DNA of 30,886 nucleotides from Escherichia coli (GTDB lineage Bacteria; Pseudomonadota; Gammaproteobacteria; Enterobacterales; Enterobacteriaceae): NCBI RefSeq assembly GCF_003334765.1, contig NZ_QOWT01000042.1; one strand, 5' to 3'. Shown piece by piece: positions 23,112 to 30,886 of this stretch (position 1 is its first letter; each line of letters starts with the position of its first letter). The notes under the pieces were generated by a model. It saw only the letters and a program-made list of their open reading frames with translations, ran no database searches and was not told where the DNA came from. The position numbers and the translations under genes were made by a program.

Positions 23112-23436
23112 GGTTCTGCTGCTTGGGTTACTAGTTGGCGTGGCGAATTATTGCTTCCGCTATTTGCCGCTGCGCCTGCGTGTGGGTAATGCCCGCCCAA
23201 CCAAACGTGGCGCGGTAGGTATTTTGCTCGACACCATTGGCATCGCCTCGATATGCGCTCTGCTGGTTGTCTCTACCGCACCAGAAGTGATGCACGATAC
23301 ACGCCGTTTCGTGCCCACGCTGGTCGGCTTCGCGGTACTGGGTGCCAGTTTCTATAAAACACGCAGCATTATCATCCCAACACTGCTTAGTGCGCTGGCC
23401 TATGGGCTCGCCTGGAAAGTGATGGCGATTATATAA
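23101..23436 (+). CDS. ygaH: AzlD-family branched-chain amino-acid exporter small subunit, 111 aa
   Basis: Track ORF; small hydrophobic protein translationally coupled to ygaZ. Confidence 0.85.
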
Positions 23437-23526
23437 CCCACAAGAATCATTTTTCTAAAACAATACATTTACTTTATTTGTCACTGTCGTTACTATATCG
23501 GCTGAAATTAATGAGGTCATACCCAA

Positions 23527-24057
23527 ATGGATAGTTCGTTTACGCCCATTGAACAAATGCTAAAATTTCGCGCCAGCCGCCACGAAGATTTTCCTTATCA
23601 GGAGATCCTTCTGACTCGTCTTTGCATGCACATGCAAAGCAAGCTGCTGGAGAACCGCAATAAAATGCTGAAGGCTCAGGGGATTAACGAGACGTTGTTT
23701 ATGGCGTTGATTACGCTGGAGTCTCAGGAAAACCACAGTATTCAGCCTTCTGAATTAAGTTGTGCTCTTGGATCATCCCGTACCAACGCGACGCGTATTG
23801 CCGATGAACTGGAAAAACGCGGTTGGATCGAACGTCGTGAAAGCGATAACGATCGCCGCTGCCTGCATCTGCAATTAACGGAAAAAGGTCACGAGTTTTT
23901 GCGCGAGGTTTTACCACCGCAGCATAACTGCCTGCATCAACTCTGGTCCGCGCTCAGCACAACAGAAAAAGATCAGCTCGAGCAAATCACCCGCAAATTG
24001 CTCTCCCGTCTCGACCAGATGGAACAAGACGGTGTGGTTCTCGAAGCGATGAGCTAA
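23527..24057 (+). CDS. mprA: MarR-family transcriptional repressor of emrAB, 176 aa
   Basis: Track ORF with tgaggt SD at 23511-23516; winged-helix MarR fold; immediately upstream of emrAB. Confidence 0.9.
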
Positions 24058-24103
24058 CGCGTCATCTCGCTCAAAAATCCAGATTTATAAAAGAAAAAAT
24101 GAC

Positions 24104-24133
24104 TGGCCAGCATCGCAACATGCTGGCCTTTTT
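24104..24133 (+). terminator. Hairpin plus U-tract between mprA and emrA (terminator/attenuator)
   Basis: 9-bp stem ggccagcat / atgctggcc (24104-24112 / 24119-24127), loop cgcaac, then ttttt (24128-24132). Confidence 0.6.
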
Positions 24134-24183
24134 GGCAAGCAGGTCGGCTCAGCCGATGAGTTAAGAAGATCGTGGAGAACAAT

Positions 24184-25356
24184 ATGAGCGCAAATGCGGA
24201 GACTCAAACCCCGCAGCAACCGGTAAAGAAGAGCGGCAAACGTAAGCGTCTGCTCCTCCTTCTCACCTTGCTCTTTATAATTATTGCCGTAGCGATAGGG
24301 ATTTATTGGTTTTTGGTACTGCGTCACTTCGAAGAAACCGATGACGCATACGTGGCAGGGAATCAAATTCAAATTATGTCTCAGGTGTCTGGCAGCGTGA
24401 CGAAAGTCTGGGCCGATAACACCGATTTTGTAAAAGAAGGCGACGTGCTGGTCACTCTCGACCCGACAGATGCTCGCCAGGCGTTTGAAAAAGCCAAAAC
24501 TGCACTGGCTTCCAGCGTTCGCCAAACCCACCAGCTGATGATTAACAGCAAGCAGTTGCAGGCGAATATTGAGGTGCAGAAAATCGCCCTCGCGAAAGCA
24601 CAAAGCGACTACAACCGCCGTGTGCCGCTGGGCAATGCCAACCTGATTGGTCGCGAAGAGCTGCAACACGCCCGCGACGCCGTCACCAGTGCCCAGGCGC
24701 AACTGGACGTCGCGATTCAACAATACAATGCCAATCAGGCGATGATTCTGGGGACTAAACTGGAAGATCAGCCAGCCGTGCAACAGGCTGCCACCGAAGT
24801 ACGTAACGCCTGGCTGGCGCTGGAGCGTACTCGTATTATCAGTCCGATGACCGGTTATGTCTCCCGCCGCGCGGTACAGCCTGGGGCGCAAATTAGCCCA
24901 ACGACGCCGCTGATGGCGGTCGTTCCAGCCACCAATATGTGGGTGGATGCCAACTTTAAAGAGACGCAGATTGCCAATATGCGTATCGGTCAGCCGGTCA
25001 CTATCACCACGGATATTTACGGCGATGATGTGAAATACACCGGTAAAGTGGTTGGTCTGGATATGGGCACAGGTAGCGCGTTCTCACTGCTTCCAGCGCA
25101 AAATGCGACCGGTAACTGGATCAAAGTCGTTCAGCGTCTGCCTGTGCGTATCGAACTGGACCAGAAACAGCTGGAGCAATATCCGCTGCGTATCGGTTTG
25201 TCCACGCTGGTGAGCGTCAATACCACTAACCGTGACGGTCAGGTACTGGCAAATAAAGTACGTTCCACTCCGGTAGCGGTAAGCACCGCGCGTGAAATCA
25301 GCCTGGCACCTGTCAATAAACTGATCGACGATATCGTAAAAGCTAACGCTGGCTAA
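24184..25356 (+). CDS. emrA: Multidrug efflux membrane-fusion (HlyD-family) protein, 390 aa
   Basis: Track ORF 24172..25356 (GTG) trimmed to ATG 24184 with ggaga SD at 24174-24178; single N-terminal TM then coiled-coil periplasmic domain. Confidence 0.9.
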   Translation: MSANAETQTPQQPVKKSGKRKRLLLLLTLLFIIIAVAIGIYWFLVLRHFEETDDAYVAGNQIQIMSQVSGSVTKVWADNTDFVKEGDVLVTLDPTDARQAFEKAKTALASSVRQTHQLMINSKQLQANIEVQKIALAKAQSDYNRRVPLGNANLIGREELQHARDAVTSAQAQLDVAIQQYNANQAMILGTKLEDQPAVQQAATEVRNAWLALERTRIISPMTGYVSRRAVQPGAQISPTTPLMAVVPATNMWVDANFKETQIANMRIGQPVTITTDIYGDDVKYTGKVVGLDMGTGSAFSLLPAQNATGNWIKVVQRLPVRIELDQKQLEQYPLRIGLSTLVSVNTTNRDGQVLANKVRSTPVAVSTAREISLAPVNKLIDDIVKANAG

Positions 25357-25372
25357 TCCAGAGGTGCGTGTG

Positions 25373-26911
25373 ATGCAACAGCAAAAACCGCTGGAAGGCG
25401 CGCAACTGGTCATTATGACGATTGCGCTGTCACTGGCGACATTCATGCAGGTGCTGGACTCCACCATTGCTAACGTGGCGATCCCCACTATCGCCGGGAA
25501 TCTGGGCTCATCGCTCAGCCAGGGAACGTGGGTAATCACTTCTTTCGGGGTGGCGAATGCCATCTCGATCCCGCTTACCGGCTGGCTGGCAAAGCGCGTC
25601 GGGGAAGTGAAACTGTTCCTTTGGTCCACCATCGCCTTTGCTATTGCGTCGTGGGCGTGTGGTGTCTCCAGCAGCCTGAATATGCTGATCTTCTTCCGCG
25701 TGATTCAGGGGATTGTCGCCGGGCCGTTGATCCCGCTTTCGCAAAGTCTATTGCTGAATAACTACCCGCCAGCCAAACGCTCGATCGCGCTGGCGTTGTG
25801 GTCGATGACGGTGATTGTCGCGCCAATTTGCGGCCCGATCCTCGGCGGTTATATCAGCGATAATTACCACTGGGGCTGGATATTCTTCATCAACGTGCCG
25901 ATTGGCGTGGCGGTGGTGTTGATGACACTGCAAACTCTGCGCGGACGTGAAACCCGCACCGAACGGCGGCGGATTGATGCCGTGGGGCTGGCACTGCTGG
26001 TTATTGGTATCGGCAGCCTGCAGATTATGCTCGACCGCGGTAAAGAGCTGGACTGGTTTTCATCACAGGAAATTATCATCCTTACCGTGGTGGCGGTGGT
26101 GGCTATCTGCTTCCTGATTGTCTGGGAGCTGACCGACGATAACCCGATAGTCGATCTGTCGTTGTTTAAGTCGCGCAACTTCACCATCGGCTGCTTGTGT
26201 ATCAGCCTCGCGTATATGCTCTACTTCGGCGCTATTGTTCTGCTGCCGCAGTTGTTGCAGGAGGTCTACGGTTACACGGCGACCTGGGCAGGTTTGGCCT
26301 CTGCGCCGGTAGGGATTATTCCGGTGATCCTGTCGCCGATTATCGGCCGCTTCGCGCATAAACTGGATATGCGGCGGCTGGTAACCTTCAGCTTTATTAT
26401 GTATGCCGTCTGCTTCTACTGGCGTGCCTATACCTTTGAACCAGGTATGGATTTTGGCGCGTCGGCCTGGCCGCAGTTTATCCAGGGGTTTGCGGTGGCC
26501 TGCTTCTTTATGCCGCTGACCACCATTACGCTGTCTGGTTTGCCACCGGAACGACTGGCGGCGGCATCGAGCCTCTCTAACTTTACGCGAACGCTGGCGG
26601 GGTCTATCGGCACGTCGATAACCACGACCATGTGGACCAACCGCGAGTCGATGCACCATGCGCAGTTGACTGAGTCGGTAAACCCGTTCAACCCGAATGC
26701 CCAGGCGATGTACAGTCAACTGGAAGGGCTTGGGATGACGCAACAGCAGGCATCAGGCTGGATTGCCCAGCAGATCACCAATCAGGGGCTGATTATTTCC
26801 GCCAATGAGATCTTCTGGATGTCAGCCGGGATATTCCTCGTCCTGCTGGGGCTGGTGTGGTTTGCTAAACCGCCATTTGGCGCAGGTGGCGGCGGAGGCG
26901 GTGCGCACTAA
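25373..26911 (+). CDS. emrB: MFS (DHA2, 14-TM) multidrug efflux pump, 512 aa
   Basis: Track ORF 25364..26911 (GTG) trimmed to ATG 25373 (MQQQKPLEGAQLVIMTIALSLATFMQVLD...). Confidence 0.9.
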   Translation: MQQQKPLEGAQLVIMTIALSLATFMQVLDSTIANVAIPTIAGNLGSSLSQGTWVITSFGVANAISIPLTGWLAKRVGEVKLFLWSTIAFAIASWACGVSSSLNMLIFFRVIQGIVAGPLIPLSQSLLLNNYPPAKRSIALALWSMTVIVAPICGPILGGYISDNYHWGWIFFINVPIGVAVVLMTLQTLRGRETRTERRRIDAVGLALLVIGIGSLQIMLDRGKELDWFSSQEIIILTVVAVVAICFLIVWELTDDNPIVDLSLFKSRNFTIGCLCISLAYMLYFGAIVLLPQLLQEVYGYTATWAGLASAPVGIIPVILSPIIGRFAHKLDMRRLVTFSFIMYAVCFYWRAYTFEPGMDFGASAWPQFIQGFAVACFFMPLTTITLSGLPPERLAAASSLSNFTRTLAGSIGTSITTTMWTNRESMHHAQLTESVNPFNPNAQAMYSQLEGLGMTQQQASGWIAQQITNQGLIISANEIFWMSAGIFLVLLGLVWFAKPPFGAGGGGGGAH

Positions 26912-26920
26912 GTACAACTA

Positions 26921-26948
26921 AGCCAGTTCATTTGAACTGGCTTTTTTC
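26921..26948. terminator. Hairpin terminator between convergent emrB and luxS (clear for emrB, weaker for luxS)
   Basis: Inverted repeat agccagttca / tgaactggct (26921-26930 / 26933-26942) followed by tttttt on the + strand; the - strand has only a weak U-rich run after the hairpin. Confidence 0.6.
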
Positions 26949-26974
26949 AATTAATTGTGAAGATAGTTTACTGA

Positions 26975-27490
26975 CTAGATGTGCAGTTCCTGCAACTTCT
27001 CTTTCGGCAGTGCCAGTTCTTCGTTGCTGTTGATGCGTACGTCACGTTCCAGAATGCTACGCGCAATATCCTGCGCTTCCTGCAACGAGTGCATCTGGTA
27101 AGTGCCACACTGGTAGACGTTCAGTTCCGGGATCTGATTCTGATCCTGCACTTTCAGCACGTCTTCCATTGCCGCTTTCCAGGCATCAGCAACACGCTGC
27201 TCATCTGGCGTACCAATCAGACTCATATAAAAACCGGTGCGGCAGCCCATTGGCGAGATATCGATAATCTCTACACCATTACCGTTAAGATGGTTACGCA
27301 TAAAACCAGCAAACAGGTGCTCCAGGGTATGGATCCCTCTTTCTGGCATCACTTCTTTGTTCGGCACGCAGAAGCGCAGATCGAACACGGTGATTGCGTC
27401 GCCATGCGGGGTGTTCATTGTTTTCGCCACCCGAACTGCAGGCGCTTCCATCCGGGTATGATCGACTGTGAAGCTATCTAACAACGGCAT
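26975..27490 (-). CDS. luxS: S-ribosylhomocysteine lyase (autoinducer-2 synthase), 171 aa
   Basis: Full-length LuxS with metal-binding HTLEHL motif; ggagg SD on the - strand at about 27497-27501. Confidence 0.95.
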
Positions 27491-27524
27491 TTAGCCACCT
27501 CCGGTAATTTTTTTAAAAATTTTC

Positions 27525-27552
27525 TGAACTCTTTCTTCCCAGGCGAGTCTGA
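27525..27552 (+). promoter_or_regulatory. Sigma-E-type promoter of micA: -35 tgaactc (27525-27531), 16-bp spacer, -10 tctga (27548-27552)
   Basis: Matches the sigma-E consensus (GGAACTT ... TCTGA) with correct spacing, ending 7 nt before the micA 5' end. Confidence 0.65.
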
Positions 27553-27558
27553 GTATAT

Positions 27559-27631
27559 GAAAGACGCGCATTTGTTATCATCATCCCTGAATTCAGAGAT
27601 GAAATTTTGGCCACTCACGAGTGGCCTTTTT
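27559..27631 (+). ncRNA. micA: MicA (SraD) Hfq-dependent small RNA, about 73 nt
   Basis: Sequence gaaagacgcgcatttgttatcatcatccctgaattcagagatgaaattttggccactcacgagtggccttttt matches my memory of MicA; ends in hairpin ggccactcacgagtggcc plus U-tract. Confidence 0.85.
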
Positions 27632-27639
27632 CTTTTCTG

Positions 27640-29223
<1,584 letters not shown>

Positions 29224-29268
29224 TTAATTAGCATAACTGTAATGGTGACCATATGTGCAGGCCTACAA

Positions 29269-29697
29269 TTAGTGCCACCACATCATGCCCTGAACGGTCG
29301 CTGCTGCAACTGCAACATAGCGTAACGCTTTACCAAGGCACAAAAAAAAGATTACCGGTCCCCACGAGATGCGCATCCATCCCGCTAACAGACACAGTAA
29401 ATCGCCAACCACGGGCATCCAGCTTAATAATAGCGTGACTGCACCATAGCGTTTCAGCCAGCCGGTAGCTTTCTCTTGCCAGCGCGATGTTTTACGCAAT
29501 GGAAAGAAACGCCCAAGGATAACGTTAGTTAACCCTCCAAGGCTATTACCCATTGTTGCTGTTAAAACTAAAACCCAGGGATGACTGATCCCGGAAAGCA
29601 ACATTGCCACCAGCACGACTTCGGAGTTGCCGGGTAATAGTGTAGCGCTGAGAAAACTACTGGCAAACAACGAGAAAAGCGATAACGCTTCACTCAC
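29269..29697 (-). CDS. yqaA: DedA-like (COG1238) inner-membrane protein, 142 aa, GTG start
   Basis: Track ORF; start is GTG (reverse complement of cac at 29695-29697), overlapping the yqaB stop as GTGA. Confidence 0.85.
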   Translation of the reverse strand: MSEALSLFSLFASSFLSATLLPGNSEVVLVAMLLSGISHPWVLVLTATMGNSLGGLTNVILGRFFPLRKTSRWQEKATGWLKRYGAVTLLLSWMPVVGDLLCLLAGWMRISWGPVIFFLCLGKALRYVAVAAATVQGMMWWH

Positions 29698-30260
29698 AGC
29701 AAGCGAACATCCACGGCGTCCATGCCTGCTGCACGGGCCGCCTGAATACCGAAATCGGCATCTTCAAAGACCACACACTGCGTCGGTTGCACGCCCATAC
29801 GCTGCGCGCACAACAAAAATGTGTCTGGCGCGGGTTTATGGTGTTTGACGTGATCGGCAGCGACGACGGCGTCAAAATAATGGCGTAATCCCAGGTGCGC
29901 CAGCAATGCCTCAGCGATGGCGCTTTCACTCCCCGTTCCTACAGCCATTGGGCGACGACCATGCCAACTTTTCACCACATCAACAAGAGGAAGCGGTTCG
30001 ACGCTATCCAGCAGCATACTTCTTACTGCTTCTGTTTTTTCACGCGCTAACGCATGCGGGTCGAGATCGGCCTGATTCAGCTCAATAATTGCCTGAGCAA
30101 TACGCCAGGTGGGCGATCCATTAAGCGCAATCATCGCCTGAATATCGTACTGAAGACCGTAGTGCCCTAATACTTCGCGCCACGCTTTACGGTGCGTAGG
30201 CTCCGTATCCAGGATTGTGCCATCCATATCAAAAATTAAACCTGCATAACGCTCGTACAT
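29694..30260 (-). CDS. yqaB: HAD-superfamily sugar-phosphate phosphatase, 188 aa
   Basis: HAD motif I DMDGTILDTE near the N-terminus; downstream of the tRNA-Arg array on the same strand. Confidence 0.85.
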   Translation of the reverse strand: MYERYAGLIFDMDGTILDTEPTHRKAWREVLGHYGLQYDIQAMIALNGSPTWRIAQAIIELNQADLDPHALAREKTEAVRSMLLDSVEPLPLVDVVKSWHGRRPMAVGTGSESAIAEALLAHLGLRHYFDAVVAADHVKHHKPAPDTFLLCAQRMGVQPTQCVVFEDADFGIQAARAAGMDAVDVRLL

Positions 30261-30407
30261 GGTCTTCTCGCAAGTCGAAAAATATGACGCTACTTTAGCG
30301 TAATTGCTTGATTTTGTCGCTGATGGCGAAGGAGAAGAAAATTCAGGAAATGGATAAAGGACTTATTTAGAAATGAGATATTTTTGAAGGAAATTTTTTG
30401 GAGAAGA

Positions 30408-30540
30408 TGGTGCATCCGGGAGGATGACTCACTGACGTTCGCCCTTCGGGCCGTTGCTGGCGCAACGTTATCCTTCCTGGTGCCTGCGGTTAATACCGCT
30501 ATCTCTTCGATACCTTCATTGCTGAAGGTTACGGAGAATA
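30408..30540 (-). repeat. tRNA-array spacer element copy 1 (133 nt), abutting the 3' CCA of argQ and itself ending in a duplicate of the tRNA 3' end
   Basis: + strand begins tggtgcatccgggaggat, identical to the first 18 nt of the reverse-complemented tRNA-Arg 3' end, then diverges; about 85-90% identical to copy 2 with conserved hairpin stems. Confidence 0.5.
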
Positions 30541-30617
30541 TGGTGCATCCGGGAGGATTCGAACCTCCGACCGCTCGGTTCGTAGCCGAGTACTCTATCC
30601 AGCTGAGCTACGGATGC
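30541..30617 (-). tRNA. argQ: tRNA-Arg (anticodon ACG), 77 nt
   Basis: Reverse complement reads GCATCCGTAGCTCAGCTGGATAGAGTACTCGGCTACGAACCGAGCGGTCGGAGGTTCGAATCCTCCCGGATGCACCA: 7-bp acceptor stem, T-loop GGTTCGAATCC, anticodon loop CTACGAA, encoded CCA. Confidence 0.9.
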
Positions 30618-30680
30618 ATCGGGAAAACTTATTCTACTGCTGATATTGATACCGCTACTAAAGCCATATCAATTAAGAGA

Positions 30681-30815
30681 TGGTGCATCCGGGAGGATTA
30701 CTCGCCTTGCGGCTCGCCCTTCGGGCCGTTGCTAAAGCAACGTTATCATCCCTAGTGCCTGCGGTTAATTCCGCTACCTCTTCGATACCTTCATTGCTGA
30801 AGATTTCGGAGAATA
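30681..30815 (-). repeat. tRNA-array spacer element copy 2 (135 nt), abutting the 3' CCA of the next tRNA-Arg
   Basis: + strand begins tggtgcatccgggaggatt (19-nt copy of the tRNA 3' end); same architecture as copy 1; unit period 275 bp. Confidence 0.5.
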
Positions 30816-30886
30816 TGGTGCATCCGGGAGGATTCGAACCTCCGACCGCTCGGTTCGTAGCCGAGTACTCTATCCAGCTGAGCTAC
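30816..30886 (-). tRNA. argZ: tRNA-Arg (ACG), second copy, truncated by the window edge (3' 71 nt present)
   Basis: Identical to the corresponding 71 nt of the tRNA at 30541-30617; runs off the end of the window. Confidence 0.85.

Noticed and set aside
24085-24891. 268-aa - strand ORF opposite emrA
   Set aside because: Antisense to emrA; no RBS or recognisable motifs.
26063-26743. 226-aa - strand ORF opposite emrB
   Set aside because: Antisense to emrB; Arg-rich low-complexity translation.
30384-30755. 123-aa + strand ORF spanning the tRNA region
   Set aside because: Runs straight through a tRNA-Arg gene and both repeat-element copies on the opposite strand; its internal amino-acid repeats just reflect the DNA repeat.
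30408-30886. Possible CRISPR array, suggested by regularly spaced direct repeats
   Set aside because: Period is 275 bp, the repeated units are a tRNA gene plus a 135-nt element, and there are no short 28-37-bp repeats with unique spacers and no cas genes.

Overview
This window is a contiguous stretch of Enterobacteriaceae core chromosome that I recognise, from the encoded proteins and gene order, as the Escherichia coli ygaQ-csiD-lhgO-gabDTP-csiR / ygaU-yqaE / ygaVP / stpA / alaE / ygaC / ygaM / nrdHIEF / proVWX / ygaY-ygaZH / mprA-emrAB / luxS / micA / gshA / yqaAB / argQ-argZ region. Gene identities are from memory of the protein sequences and synteny, not from a database search. Almost every long ORF on the supplied track has a clear product once starts are trimmed to the Shine-Dalgarno-supported ATG, or to TTG/GTG for gshA, nrdE and yqaA. 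The remaining long ORFs are antisense shadows of real genes. I found no transposase, integrase, phage module, CRISPR array, toxin-antitoxin pair or other sign of a mobile or defence island. I therefore do not think this window holds a new multi-gene system; it is an ordinary, well-studied core region. The observations worth a second look are smaller: (1) the micA sRNA with a sigma-E-type promoter between luxS and gshA; (2) a 275-bp tandem repeat unit in the tRNA-Arg array whose spacer carries a conserved structured element ending in a copy of the tRNA 3' end; (3) ygaQ as a low-GC, GH13-like pseudogene with three in-frame stops; (4) an intact ygaY; (5) TTG starts on gshA and nrdE; (6) csiR and ygaU converging with no intergenic space; (7) a 668-bp AT-rich stpA-alaE spacer; (8) a 52-aa gene (yqaE) absent from the ORF track.
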